A DNA stretch of 64,000 nucleotides from Bacteroidales bacterium (GCA_038245405.1 JBBRSO010000002.1:2366-66365), one strand, 5' to 3'. Numbered from the stretch's first letter, positions 7,180 through 17,561 are shown. Numbers and translations: made by a program. The notes: generated from the sequence alone by a model not told the origin.

Positions 7180-9300
7180 TCATTTTATTTTCAGAAGCCT
7201 TGCATTGATAGCAACAATCACCGTGCTTAAAGACATAAGGGCCGCGCCCAGTGCAGGAGTTAGTAACACACCCCATGCATATAGTGCTCCTGCTGCCATA
7301 GGGATTGCTATAGTGTTGTAACCTGTAGCCCATATAAGATTCTGAATCATTTTCCGGTAGGTGGCATGGGAAAGCTTCAATATAGCAACAACATCCAATG
7401 GATTACTTCTTACCAATATTACGTCTGCCGTTTCGACCGCTACATCAGAACCCGCTCCTATAGCAATACCAAGATCCGCCTGGGCAAGCGCCGGTGCATC
7501 GTTAACTCCATCACCGGTCATTGCTACTAATACGCCTCTTGATTGAACCTCCTTCACCTTGGCGGCTTTGTCCTGGGGCAGGACTTCTGCAAAGTATTCA
7601 TCCAGTCCGATCTGGTCTGATACCCATTTGGCTGTCGCTTTATTATCACCTGTTAGCATCATACACCGGATATTCAATGCTTTAAGGGCATCGATAGCTT
7701 GTTTTGCTTCTGGCCTCACAATGTCTGCAAGGGCAATTGCTCCTTTCAGATTGCCATCGACGAGGATAAACACGACCGTTTTTCCCTGTGCCTGCAGTGG
7801 TTCTATACGATTGTCGGTTATGTCAATGTTCTGTTCATGCAGGAAGCCCGGACTAACTACCTTGACCTCTTTGCCATCAACCTTTCCCTCTGCCCCTTTG
7901 CCCGGAATGCTTTTAAAGTTTTCTACGGGAATCTTCTTTTCTGAAGAAGCGGCGATGGCTTTAGCTATGGGATGTTCAGAATTTGCGTCTACAGAGGCGG
8001 CATATTTACGCAGTGTTTCTTCATCGATATCCTGAGAAAGTACAAGAATATCGGTAACACCAAAGCGACCCTCCGTTAACGTACCTGTCTTATCAAAAAT
8101 AACGGCCTGAAGCTTTCGCGCACCTTCAAAGGAAACCCGGTTACGAATGAGCAAGCCGTTTTTCGCAGCCAATGCTGTGGAGACGGCTATAACAAGCGGT
8201 ACGGCCAGACCAAGTGCATGAGGGCATGCAATTACCATCACGGTCACTGCGCGCTCGATAGCGAATGAAAAATCCTTGCCCGTAAGAACCAACCAGATAA
8301 CAAGGGTTGTCACGCCACCACCAAGGGCCACTATTGTAAGCCACTTTGCAGCAGTATTTGCCAGATCCTGGGTTTTTGATTTGCTTTCCTGTGCCTGCTT
8401 TACCAGACCAATAACCTGAGACAGGAATGAATCCTTACCGGTACCTTTAACCTCAATAGTCAGTGAACCCTCCCCATTAATCGAACCACCGATTACTTTC
8501 CCTCCTGCCTTTTTGATTGCCGGTGGTGATTCTCCGGTGAGCAACGCCTCATTTACTGAGCTCTCCCCTTCAACTATTACTCCATCAGCGGGGATTTTCT
8601 CACCTGGTTTAATCAGAACTTTATCATTCACAGCCAGCTCTCCAAGAGGCACATCTTTCACACTGCCATCCGGCATAAGTTTATGAGCATCAGACGGCAT
8701 TAATTTAGCTAGTTCCTCCAGTGCCTTCGACGCGCCCATCACGGACTTCATCTCAATCCAGTGCCCGAGCAACATGATATCTATAAGTGAAGCAAGTTCC
8801 CAGAAAAACATTTTACCAGCTAACCCGAATACAACAGCACTGCTGTAAAAATAGGCGGTTGAAATTGCCACGGAGATAAGCATCATCATTCCGGGCTGCC
8901 GGGCTTTTAATTCTGAGAACAAGCCTTTTAGAAACGGCCATCCACCATACCAAAATACCGCAGAAGAAAGTGCGAAGAGTACATAGATGTCACCATTAAA
9001 ATGAATGGTTTCCCGCAGTCCCACCAATTTCTGGAGCATTGGTGAGAGTACAAGAATCGGGAGGGTCAATATGAGCGATAACCAGAACCGCTTTCTGAAA
9101 TCTGCCGCCATATGAGCATGATGATCTGGCTGGTCATGGGGCATTTTAGCTTCGGCTTCAAGCCAGTTCTTCATGTCATGCCCTTTCGGACGGCCTTCCT
9201 TAAGATAGATAGCATATGCTTTTTTGGCCACTTCGTCGTGTTCCGGCTTCGATTCCTTAGCCTTAGGTTTGTTGTGATTATGTTCCATTTTTGTTTTCAT
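7180..9300 (-). CDS. copB: heavy-metal (copper) translocating P1B-type ATPase, CPH/CopB type
   Basis: Motifs TGES (LLTGESPP), CPH TM motif (VIACPHALGLAVP), DKTGT (FDKTGTLTEG) and GDGVNDAP. The N-terminus is His-rich (MEHNHNKP..., HDQPDHHAHM) and has no CxxC domain. Confidence 0.93.
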   Translation of the reverse strand: MKTKMEHNHNKPKAKESKPEHDEVAKKAYAIYLKEGRPKGHDMKNWLEAEAKMPHDQPDHHAHMAADFRKRFWLSLILTLPILVLSPMLQKLVGLRETIHFNGDIYVLFALSSAVFWYGGWPFLKGLFSELKARQPGMMMLISVAISTAYFYSSAVVFGLAGKMFFWELASLIDIMLLGHWIEMKSVMGASKALEELAKLMPSDAHKLMPDGSVKDVPLGELAVNDKVLIKPGEKIPADGVIVEGESSVNEALLTGESPPAIKKAGGKVIGGSINGEGSLTIEVKGTGKDSFLSQVIGLVKQAQESKSKTQDLANTAAKWLTIVALGGGVTTLVIWLVLTGKDFSFAIERAVTVMVIACPHALGLAVPLVIAVSTALAAKNGLLIRNRVSFEGARKLQAVIFDKTGTLTEGRFGVTDILVLSQDIDEETLRKYAASVDANSEHPIAKAIAASSEKKIPVENFKSIPGKGAEGKVDGKEVKVVSPGFLHEQNIDITDNRIEPLQAQGKTVVFILVDGNLKGAIALADIVRPEAKQAIDALKALNIRCMMLTGDNKATAKWVSDQIGLDEYFAEVLPQDKAAKVKEVQSRGVLVAMTGDGVNDAPALAQADLGIAIGAGSDVAVETADVILVRSNPLDVVAILKLSHATYRKMIQNLIWATGYNTIAIPMAAGALYAWGVLLTPALGAALMSLSTVIVAINARLLKIK

Positions 9301-9328
9301 TGATTAAAACATAAACCAGATCACTAAA

Positions 9329-9538
9329 TCACTTTCTTCTTCTGGCCACAAAATAAACCAGCAGTAAAACTATTCCCACACCAATAAGTATTGGAACCCA
9401 ATTCCAGTTACCCATGTTCATTGACCTGCCACCTCCGTTCATCATTCCCTGGTCAGTATTGCAGGCCACTATTATAGCCGCAAATGATATAAAATAAAGT
9501 GCAGTTTTTATTATTTGCCAAATTCTTGATGATTTCAT
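9329..9538 (-). CDS. small Met/Trp-rich membrane-anchored protein upstream of the ATPase
   Basis: 69 aa. N-terminal lipoprotein-like signal (FAAIIVAC), then QGMMNGGGRSMNMGNWNW, a TM helix and an RRRK tail. It lies 28 bp upstream of copB on the same strand. Confidence 0.55.
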   Translation of the reverse strand: MKSSRIWQIIKTALYFISFAAIIVACNTDQGMMNGGGRSMNMGNWNWVPILIGVGIVLLLVYFVARRRK

Positions 9539-9603
9539 AGTTATCTTTTATTCGTTAATCTATAGTTACTATACTTTTATCCTTTTTACGGAAATGAGGG
9601 ATC

Positions 9604-10473
9604 TCAAGGATTAAATGCCCCTAAAGTCCATATATCTTCTGCAGTGATGCGCAGATGATAATTTGGAAATGATAAAACAGGAATAAAAGCTTTGTTTATC
9701 ATCTGGTGGGCAAAGTTACCTAACAGTAAATTGGAAGCGCTTTTCTCCTGCTCAGTCATTATTGAGATCAGGTCGGCATTAACCGATCGTGAATAATCGA
9801 GAGTTAAATCAGTAATATTGCTGCCATGAAGATGTTCAACTTTATAAGGAACATTATGACTTTCAAGGTAGGAAGCTACCTGATCAGAATACTGATTCAG
9901 CTTTTTCTCAATACTCTTTAAATTTGATAGCCGGATAGTAAGCAGATGAATTTCTGATCCGAATATTTTTGCCAGGTTTACTGTATACGGTACCTTTTCC
10001 CGCGTCTGAAAAGTAATATCCAGTGGTAGTACAATTGTATTAATACCTGAAGGTATTTTACTTCTTCTGACAGTGATTACAGGATTCCTTGAATGAGAGG
10101 TTATTTTGTACGCATTGCCTCCAATAAACAATTCTTCAAAACCAGAAGTCCCGTGTGTTGAAAGAACCGTGAGCGCGTCTTCATACTTATCAGCCAGATC
10201 TGCTACTTCCTTAAACACCTTGCCTTCTTTAATGCTGTAACCCAGTGTAGAGGTTAACTTGTACTTCTCTTTATACTTTTGAACTATTTCTTCAAATTTT
10301 GTTTTTTCAAGTTGGTTTTCCTTTTCCAGCTGGTTATAATAGTTTCCGGTTTCCTTTCCAATAACATGAACCATTTGGATATTTGCTCCGGTTTTAGCTG
10401 CCAGCATCACTGCCAGGTCTAGTCCAACATAAGACTCATCCGAGAAATCCAGGGGAACGATAATTGTTTTCAT
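9604..10473 (-). CDS. universal stress protein (tandem Usp domains)
   Basis: 289 aa. MKTIIVPLDFSDES... start and two Usp-like halves (...LTVLSTHGTSGFEELFIGGNAYKI... and ...LISIMTEQEKSASNLLLGNFAHQM...). Confidence 0.85.
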   Translation of the reverse strand: MKTIIVPLDFSDESYVGLDLAVMLAAKTGANIQMVHVIGKETGNYYNQLEKENQLEKTKFEEIVQKYKEKYKLTSTLGYSIKEGKVFKEVADLADKYEDALTVLSTHGTSGFEELFIGGNAYKITSHSRNPVITVRRSKIPSGINTIVLPLDITFQTREKVPYTVNLAKIFGSEIHLLTIRLSNLKSIEKKLNQYSDQVASYLESHNVPYKVEHLHGSNITDLTLDYSRSVNADLISIMTEQEKSASNLLLGNFAHQMINKAFIPVLSFPNYHLRITAEDIWTLGAFNP

Positions 10474-10491
10474 TTTTTTATTTATAAATAT

Positions 10492-10632
10492 TTAAATTTT
10501 ATCCTGCTTTATACACCTATTATGCTCCTTCGAGCCAGATTCATCCTCTTTAACAAGCTTACCGCTAAGCTGAACTTCCAGCAATTTGCCGCTATCCGGT
10601 TCATTTAGTTTTACATTCATAACACTTTTCAT
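10492..10632 (-). pseudogene. possible truncated STAS/SEC14 (DUF3478-like) gene relic
   Basis: A 46-codon frame starting at ATG 10632 (MKSVMNVKLNEPDSGKLLEVQLSGKLVKED...). The first ~30 aa look like the N-terminus of ~120-aa STAS-like proteins, after which similarity is lost and a stop follows. Weak call. Confidence 0.25.
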
Positions 10633-10636
10633 TAGT

Positions 10637-10822
10637 TTAAGTTTCACTTCTTTTATCTTTTTCACTATCAAATTCAGATGCAACAAATTTCGGATCCGGA
10701 TAGTCTTCAGGCAACTTTTTAAATAAATTCTTTCTGTCTTTTTGATTTTTTATCAGAAGGAGGCTTAATAAACCAATCGCAGCTAAAACAATTACCATAA
10801 TAATTAACAAATGTGTATTCAT
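10637..10822 (-). CDS. small single-pass membrane protein
   Basis: The internal start MNTHLLIIMVIVLAAIGLLSLLLIKNQ... avoids overlap with the upstream gene. One TM helix plus a charged tail. Confidence 0.4.
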   Translation of the reverse strand: MNTHLLIIMVIVLAAIGLLSLLLIKNQKDRKNLFKKLPEDYPDPKFVASEFDSEKDKRSET

Positions 10823-10826
10823 AACT

Positions 10827-11255
10827 TTATGTTTTTTTAAGTTGATTGCTTTTCTGTTCCTGAAGCAATTCAATGATTTTATCTAATTTATCTACTTCTA
10901 TGGACTTCAACTTTATTGCCAAAGCTTCTATTTCTTGTTTTGCGTCTTTATTCGTTCTGTAATCCTGTTCAGCATGCATCCTGTCGCGTTCGTTTTGCCG
11001 GTTTTGAGACATCATAATAATTGGTGCTGCATAGGCTGCCTGTGTTGAGAAAAGAAGATTAAGCAATATGAAAGGATAGGCATCCCAATGAAACATAAAT
11101 CCGACCAGGTTTAACCCCATCCAAATTATAACAAGTACTGTTTGAAGGATTATAAACTTCCATGAACCCATTCCAAACGCTACCGCATCAGCTACACGAC
11201 CTCCAAAATTTAATGTTGCATGATGTTTCTCATGCCAGGTTTTTTGAGTTCCCAT
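10827..11255 (-). CDS. DUF1003 domain-containing membrane protein
   Basis: 142 aa, two TM helices, then the ...MMSQNRQNERDRMHAEQDYRTNKDAKQEIE... motif typical of DUF1003. Confidence 0.7.
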   Translation of the reverse strand: MGTQKTWHEKHHATLNFGGRVADAVAFGMGSWKFIILQTVLVIIWMGLNLVGFMFHWDAYPFILLNLLFSTQAAYAAPIIMMSQNRQNERDRMHAEQDYRTNKDAKQEIEALAIKLKSIEVDKLDKIIELLQEQKSNQLKKT

Positions 11256-11266
11256 CTATATTCTTT

Positions 11267-13636
11267 TTAAGTTTTGTTTTGATTCCATCTCCAGTTGAGG
11301 ATTTCAGGCATATCTAAGCCATTTTTGTCAATATAGATTTCGTGTTCGATGAGCTTGTTCTGTAACATCTTTTTCAGTTTGGCACCCACTGCACCCAATC
11401 CTGGCACGCGAGCTATAACATCAAGCGCCAGATGAAACCGGTCAAGACCGTTTAATACCGTCATGTCGAAGTATGTAGTTATTGTGCCTTCTTCATTATA
11501 ACCATGGACATGCATGTTTGCATGGTTGTTGCGGCGGTAAGTCAGCCGATGGACCAGTGAAGGATATCCATGGAAAGCAAAAATAACCGGCTTGTCTTTC
11601 GTAAATAACGCATCGAATTTCTGCTCATCAATACCGTGGGGATGCTGCGTATTTGATTCCAGTTTCATTAAATCAACCACATTAATCACACGGATCTTCA
11701 GGTCGGGCAAATTTTCACGAAGTATGGAAACTGCGGCAAGGGTCTCCAGTGTAGGCACATCGCCACAGCAGGCCATCACCACATCGGGTTCTTTACCATT
11801 ATCGCTGCTGGCCCATTGCCATACTCCAATTCCTTCTGTACAATGCTGGATTGCCTCTTCCATAGTTAACCACTGAGGGGCCTGGTATTTGCCTGCAATA
11901 ACAACATTAACATAATCACGGCTCCTCAGACAATGGTCCCATACCGACAACAGACAGTTGGCATCAGGAGGAAGATAAACCCTGACTATTGATGCTTTCT
12001 TATTTACAACATGACCAATAAAACCGGGGTCCTGGTGAGTAAAACCATTATGAGCCTGTTGCCATACATGAGAAGCGAGCAGATAATTCAGAGATGCAAT
12101 TCCCCGTCGCCACGGCAATTCAGCACATACCTTCAGCCATTTGGCATGCTGGTTAAACATCGAATCAATTATATGTATAAAAGCCTCATAGCAGTTAAAC
12201 AATCCGTGCCTCCCGGTGAGCAGATATCCCTCCAGCCAGCCTTCGCATTGATGCTCGCTCAACATTTCAATTACCCGGCCATCAGTGGAAAGAAACTCAT
12301 CGTTTTCTTTAGTTCTGGCTTCCCACTGCCGGTTGGTGGTTTCAAATACGGCGTTCAGCCTGTTTGAAAGCGTTTCATCGGGACCGAAGATCCGGAAATT
12401 TCGTTGCTCCTTATTGAGATTGTCAACCTCTCTCAGGAACACTCCCAGCTCGTGTGTGTCGGCAGCATCGACAGATCCCGGTGACGGCACTTTAACGGCA
12501 AACTTCCGGAAGTCAGGCATTTTAAGGTCGTGCAGCAGCAAGCCACCATTCGCATGGGGATTAGCGCCCATTCTTCGTTCTCCATGTGGTGCCAGTTCGG
12601 CCAATTCAGATAAAAGGCTACCACTCTTATCAAAAAGTTCTTCGGGCTTATAGCTTTTCATCCAGTTTTCAAGCAGTTTCAGATGATGAGGATGTTCGGC
12701 ATCTACCAACATCGGAATCTGATGGGCCCGGAAGGTACCCTCGATTTGCAACCCATCAACTACTTTGGGCCCTGTCCATCCTTTGGGTGACTTCAGTACG
12801 ATCAATGGCCAACGTGGCCGGATAGTGTCGCTGTTGTTTCTTGCGTTGCCCTGTATTCTTAATATTTCATCAACGGTCTTTTCCATTACGGAGGCCATTA
12901 GCTGATGCATTTGCTCAGGGTCATCACCTTCCACATAATAAGGGATCCAGCCACATCCACGCAGAAATTGATCCAGTTCTTCAGGTTCTATTCGGGCTAG
13001 TATCGTTGGGTTGGCTATCTTGTAACCGTTAAGATGCAGGATTGGCAATACGGCGCCATCGGTGATCGGATTCAGAAATTTGTTGGAATGCCATGCAGTA
13101 GCCAATGGACCTGTTTCAGCTTCCCCATCGCCTATAACACAGGCAACAATCAGACTGGGATTGTCGAATGCAGCTCCGAAGGCATGACTAAGCGAGTACC
13201 CCAGCTCACCTCCCTCATGAATTGACCCCGGTGTTGTAGGCGCAACATGGCTCGAAATTCCACCTGGAAACGAAAACTGTTTGAAAAGCTTCTTCATCCC
13301 GGCTTCATCACGTGTGATGTCGGGATATACTTCACTCCATGTACCTTCAAGATAAACATTACCCACAATAGCAGGTCCACCATGTCCGGGACCAGCAATG
13401 TAAAACATGTCCAGATCATATTTTTTAATGACCCTGTTCAAATGAACATAGATAAAATTCTGTCCTGGCGTTGTACCCCAGTGCCCCAGAAGCATCGACT
13501 TCACGTGGGACAATTTCAGAGGCACATGCAACAAAGGATTATCACGAAGATAAAGCTGACCGACAGAAAGATAGTTTGCAGCACGCCAATAAGCGTGTGT
13601 TTTCCTCAATTCTTCTGATGATAAAGTTGTATTCAT
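11267..13636 (-). CDS. xfp: phosphoketolase (xylulose-5-P/fructose-6-P)
   Basis: 789 aa. The N-terminus ...[23 protein letters not shown]..., [11 protein letters not shown] and the [12 protein letters not shown] motifs are diagnostic. Confidence 0.95.
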   Translation of the reverse strand: MNTTLSSEELRKTHAYWRAANYLSVGQLYLRDNPLLHVPLKLSHVKSMLLGHWGTTPGQNFIYVHLNRVIKKYDLDMFYIAGPGHGGPAIVGNVYLEGTWSEVYPDITRDEAGMKKLFKQFSFPGGISSHVAPTTPGSIHEGGELGYSLSHAFGAAFDNPSLIVACVIGDGEAETGPLATAWHSNKFLNPITDGAVLPILHLNGYKIANPTILARIEPEELDQFLRGCGWIPYYVEGDDPEQMHQLMASVMEKTVDEILRIQGNARNNSDTIRPRWPLIVLKSPKGWTGPKVVDGLQIEGTFRAHQIPMLVDAEHPHHLKLLENWMKSYKPEELFDKSGSLLSELAELAPHGERRMGANPHANGGLLLHDLKMPDFRKFAVKVPSPGSVDAADTHELGVFLREVDNLNKEQRNFRIFGPDETLSNRLNAVFETTNRQWEARTKENDEFLSTDGRVIEMLSEHQCEGWLEGYLLTGRHGLFNCYEAFIHIIDSMFNQHAKWLKVCAELPWRRGIASLNYLLASHVWQQAHNGFTHQDPGFIGHVVNKKASIVRVYLPPDANCLLSVWDHCLRSRDYVNVVIAGKYQAPQWLTMEEAIQHCTEGIGVWQWASSDNGKEPDVVMACCGDVPTLETLAAVSILRENLPDLKIRVINVVDLMKLESNTQHPHGIDEQKFDALFTKDKPVIFAFHGYPSLVHRLTYRRNNHANMHVHGYNEEGTITTYFDMTVLNGLDRFHLALDVIARVPGLGAVGAKLKKMLQNKLIEHEIYIDKNGLDMPEILNWRWNQNKT

Positions 13637-13645
13637 ATTTCAATT

Positions 13646-14833
13646 TTAAAGATCAAGAATGCGGCAGACCGACCTTGCAATCATCAGTTCTTCATCAGTT
13701 CTGATGACGCGAACTTTAACTCTACTGGTATCAGATGAAATAATCCCAGCAGCTTCAGTATTGCGAGACTTGTTCAACTCGACACCAAAAAAACCAAGTC
13801 CCTTACATATTCGTGTGCGAATGACGGTTGCATTTTCGCCAATCCCTCCGGTAAAAATCAGTGTGTCGAGTCCACCGAGGGCAGCGGAATATGCGCCAAT
13901 CTGTTTCTTTATCTGATAGCAAAATAAAGCAACTGCCTCAGCAGCCCTGACATCTTTTTTTTCCAATGCAAGTAAATCGTGCATGTCGGAGCTGGTTTCA
14001 GATACACCAAGTAATCCTGACCTGTGATTCACCATTTCATCAAATTGCAAAGGGGACATTTGTTCGCTTCGTGACAGAAAAGAAACTAATCCGGGATCCA
14101 CATCACCTGAACGGGTGCTCATCATCAAACCAGCAGCTGGCGTGAACGCCATTGTTGTATCAATGCTATGTCCCTTATGCACAGCGGCCATACTCGCACC
14201 GTTACCTAAATGGGCGAGGATAATGCGTCCTTTTGCAACCTTTACCCCTTCTATACGAATGAGTTCATCCATCAGGTAAGCATAGGATAAACCATGGAAC
14301 CCATATCGTTTAACTCCTTTTTCTTCGTATCGTCGAGGGATTGGCAATATCCTTGCAATACGGGGCATAGAGCGGTGAAACGCAGTATCAAAACATGCTA
14401 TCTGTGTAAGTTTTGGATGACGCTGATAAATGGTTTCTATCAATTTAATCTCGTCAGGCAGATGCTCAGGATCAAAAGGTGTGATGTGATGAAGTTCGTC
14501 CAATAATTTCCGGGTAATAAGTTCTGGTTCGCTATGCTCCATCCCATGAACTATCCTGTGTCCCACAGCCATTATGGAAGAGAATCCATCCTGTTTTTCC
14601 AGCCAATCAATCAGAAAGTTAGCTGCAGAGTGATTATCAGTGACTTCAACCTTAACAGTGTCTTCCTTATTCTCCTTTTCATTAAGAAATGTCAATGTTG
14701 AATCTTTTAGCCCTATTCTGTCGATTTTTCCATGAAGCAAACGAGTCATGATTTTATCTGATTTATAAAGAGCGAATTTTATTGAAGATGAACCTCCATT
14801 TATGGTCAATATATGAGCAGGATCCTTATTCAT
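13646..14833 (-). CDS. ackA: acetate kinase
   Basis: 395 aa. ILTINGGSSSIKFALY, ...VGHRIVHG..., ...RYGFHGLSY... Lies immediately downstream of xfp. Confidence 0.95.
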   Translation of the reverse strand: MNKDPAHILTINGGSSSIKFALYKSDKIMTRLLHGKIDRIGLKDSTLTFLNEKENKEDTVKVEVTDNHSAANFLIDWLEKQDGFSSIMAVGHRIVHGMEHSEPELITRKLLDELHHITPFDPEHLPDEIKLIETIYQRHPKLTQIACFDTAFHRSMPRIARILPIPRRYEEKGVKRYGFHGLSYAYLMDELIRIEGVKVAKGRIILAHLGNGASMAAVHKGHSIDTTMAFTPAAGLMMSTRSGDVDPGLVSFLSRSEQMSPLQFDEMVNHRSGLLGVSETSSDMHDLLALEKKDVRAAEAVALFCYQIKKQIGAYSAALGGLDTLIFTGGIGENATVIRTRICKGLGFFGVELNKSRNTEAAGIISSDTSRVKVRVIRTDEELMIARSVCRILDL

Positions 14834-14846
14834 GAAGTTCCATAAT

Positions 14847-16277
14847 TCACTTATTTTTTAACCAGTCAGTGTGAAAAGTACCCTTTGCATCGACCCTCTC
14901 ATAAGTATGAGCTCCGAAATAGTCGCGCTGAGCCTGGATAAGATTAGTCGGAAGCCATGAGCTCCGGTATGAATCGAAGTATCCCAGAGAAGCCATAAAG
15001 GCAGGTACCGGGATCCCTGATACAACTGCCTGACAGACTATATTTCTCAGATGTTCCTGGTTTTCAATGATTTTTTGAGAAAAATTCTGATCGAGAAGTA
15101 GATTATAAAGGTCAGGCTTTTTATGAAAAGCTTCCCGGATATCGTCAAGAAGAGCTGCACGGATAATGCATCCTCCCCGCCAAATGCCGGCCACAGCCTC
15201 GAGGTCGAGCTGATAATTATATTTTACCGAAGCAAACCTAAGGAGTGCCATCCCCTGAGCATAAGTGATCATCATTGAGGCGTAAAAAGCCTGTTTTAAC
15301 TGCGATAAGAAATCATCCTTAATATTATTTAAGAGCAGTATTGGCCTGTTATAAAGGTTTCTGGCATTTCCTCTCTGATTTTCAAAGACAGACATATCCC
15401 TCATTGCAACTGCCATATCTATTGTCGGGACAGGTACCTGAAGTTCCATTGCGCTTTGGGAAGTCCACATCCCTGTTCCTTTCTGTCTTGCTATATCGAG
15501 TATCTGATCCACCAGGGGTTTACCTGTTTTTACATCCATCTTACTGAAGATGTTGGCCGTGATCTCAATGAGGTAGCTATTTAATTCTCCTTTGTTCCAT
15601 TCAAAGAAAATTTTATTCAACTGATCATCGTTGATGTTAAGGCCTCGTTTCATTAAATCGTATGTTTCAGATATGAGCTGCATCAAAGCATACTCAATAC
15701 CATTGTGTACCATCTTAACAAAATGGCCAGCTGAACCCGGACCCAAATAAGTCACACAAGGTTTGTTGTTCACTTTAGCAGCAGCCGCTTCGAATAGTGG
15801 GCGTACTCTTTCCCAGGACTCTTTCAAACCTCCGGGCATTATACTTGGTCCATAACGTGCACCTTCTTCTCCACCAGAAACACCAACACCCATGAATTGA
15901 ATCCCTTTTTCGTTCAATTTGTTTGTACGGAGGTCAGTATCTTTAAAGTAAGAATTTCCTGCATCGATTATAAGATCACCGGGTTTCAGGTATTCCAGCA
16001 AATCTTTAATAACCGAGTCGACCGGAGCACCGGCAGGAACCAGCATCATTACTGCACGGGGCTGACGAAGTGATCCAATAAAATCTTTAATATCAGCTGA
16101 ATAGTGAATTTTTTTCTGCTTTGATTCATCACGCAAGATATTCACCTTGTTAATATCATTATCATAGCCTGCAACCTGAAATCCATGATCGGCAAGGTTC
16201 AGTAAAAAGTTATTACCCATAACACCAAGACCGATCATTCCAATTTCAGCTTTTTGTCTTGTATTTTCATTTTCCAT
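14847..16277 (-). CDS. gnd: 6-phosphogluconate dehydrogenase, decarboxylating
   Basis: The start was moved to the ATG at 16277 (MENENTRQKAEIGMIGLGVMGNN...). Rossmann GxGxMG motif, ...HFVKMVHNGIEYALMQ... and a C-terminal ...QRDYFGAHTYERVD... Confidence 0.9.
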   Translation of the reverse strand: MENENTRQKAEIGMIGLGVMGNNFLLNLADHGFQVAGYDNDINKVNILRDESKQKKIHYSADIKDFIGSLRQPRAVMMLVPAGAPVDSVIKDLLEYLKPGDLIIDAGNSYFKDTDLRTNKLNEKGIQFMGVGVSGGEEGARYGPSIMPGGLKESWERVRPLFEAAAAKVNNKPCVTYLGPGSAGHFVKMVHNGIEYALMQLISETYDLMKRGLNINDDQLNKIFFEWNKGELNSYLIEITANIFSKMDVKTGKPLVDQILDIARQKGTGMWTSQSAMELQVPVPTIDMAVAMRDMSVFENQRGNARNLYNRPILLLNNIKDDFLSQLKQAFYASMMITYAQGMALLRFASVKYNYQLDLEAVAGIWRGGCIIRAALLDDIREAFHKKPDLYNLLLDQNFSQKIIENQEHLRNIVCQAVVSGIPVPAFMASLGYFDSYRSSWLPTNLIQAQRDYFGAHTYERVDAKGTFHTDWLKNK

Positions 16278-16442
16278 AAGAACTCCTTTTAAGATTAACG
16301 TTGCCATAGAATATGAGAGGCTTCCAATGGAATGGAAACCTCATTATTGAAAGGTATAATGGGTTAGTTCCCAAAGAGAAGGATCATGTTCCTGCCACAA
16401 TCCGTCTGATACGTGATATGTAATTCAATACCATATAATAAA

Positions 16443-17561
16443 TTATTCTATATCCTTTAAATTATTTTTTTCAGATTTAATTGATTCTTCCTTTTTATCT
16501 GCTGCTTCTTTGGCTTTCTTTCTAAAATAGCCTCTGAAAAGAAAGTTATGTTTGGCTGCATTCATATTTTCATCCAATCCTTTGGAACTCTTTCTAAGGT
16601 TTATCATGGTCTGATTCAAATTCTCTGCAAAGGTTGAATCTCTTATTAACCGTCCGAGTGTTCCATTTCCTTCATTAATATCATGCATTATTAATGTAAG
16701 TTGTTCCGAGATAATCTCCGCATTACTGGCAGTAACATTCAAATTTTCCATAATGGAATCTGTCAATCCTTGTGAACCCCTTTTTAAATTCAATATAGTC
16801 TGATTTAAATTCTCAGCCATAGTTGAATCCTGAATCAGCCGGCCAAGTGTTCCATCTCCCTTGTTTATTTTATTCATAATCAAGGCAAGTTGGTGTGAGA
16901 TATCTTCAGCATTAAGTGCTGTTACTTTCATACTCGCCATCACCACATCCGACCCGGTCAGTCCATTGGAAAACCTTGTCAGATTTGCTATAGTTTGATT
17001 AAAATTCTCGGCAAGAATTGAGTCACGGATTAACCTGTTTAGTGTACCATTTCCACCATTAATCTTACCTGCAATATCGGATACTTGTTTTGATATATCC
17101 TCTATATTAGCTGTAGTTGCATCCAATCGCGCCATGATTTCACTCTTTACAATTGTTTCTATTGATTCAAGACGTTGGCCTTCTTTTGCCAATGGAGCGT
17201 CAGGACTTCCAGGGAGGATAATAATAAGTTTATCCCCGATTATCCCATCTGAACCCAATGTAACTTTACAGTCCGATTTGATAAACTGCCAAACGTCTGT
17301 TTTTATAATCAGATCAACTTTTACCGTCGTATCATTAATAATTATTATATTTTCAACTGTACCGATATTGATTCCTGTAAAACGGATATTATTACCAATC
17401 TGTAATCCACTTACATTCGAAAAAGTGGAAGTAAGCTTAAAAACTGAATTAAATAAGTTCTTTTGTTTCCCAATAATAAATATGGCCAGTACAAAAAGAA
17501 CAAACCCACCTGCAACAAATAATCCCAATCTGATTTTAAAATTTTCTGTATGATTACCCAT
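16443..17561 (-). CDS. MlaD/MCE-family protein with a triplicated C-terminal repeat
   Basis: N-terminal TM helix plus an MCE core (...VSGLQIGNNIRFTGINIGTV...). Three ~63-aa repeats follow, containing G(N/D)GTL(N/G)RLI(R/Q)DS...AEN(F/L)NQT. Confidence 0.8.
   Translation of the reverse strand: MGNHTENFKIRLGLFVAGGFVLFVLAIFIIGKQKNLFNSVFKLTSTFSNVSGLQIGNNIRFTGINIGTVENIIIINDTTVKVDLIIKTDVWQFIKSDCKVTLGSDGIIGDKLIIILPGSPDAPLAKEGQRLESIETIVKSEIMARLDATTANIEDISKQVSDIAGKINGGNGTLNRLIRDSILAENFNQTIANLTRFSNGLTGSDVVMASMKVTALNAEDISHQLALIMNKINKGDGTLGRLIQDSTMAENLNQTILNLKRGSQGLTDSIMENLNVTASNAEIISEQLTLIMHDINEGNGTLGRLIRDSTFAENLNQTMINLRKSSKGLDENMNAAKHNFLFRGYFRKKAKEAADKKEESIKSEKNNLKDIE

Noticed and set aside
7361-8035. 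Antisense or nested ORFs inside long genes, for example 7361-8035 in copB, 12011-12653 in xfp, 37920-38399 in the permease, 41776-42270 in glmM and 57155-57542 in the kinase.
   Set aside because: All lie wholly within strongly supported genes on the opposite strand. They have low-complexity or odd composition and no recognisable motifs.
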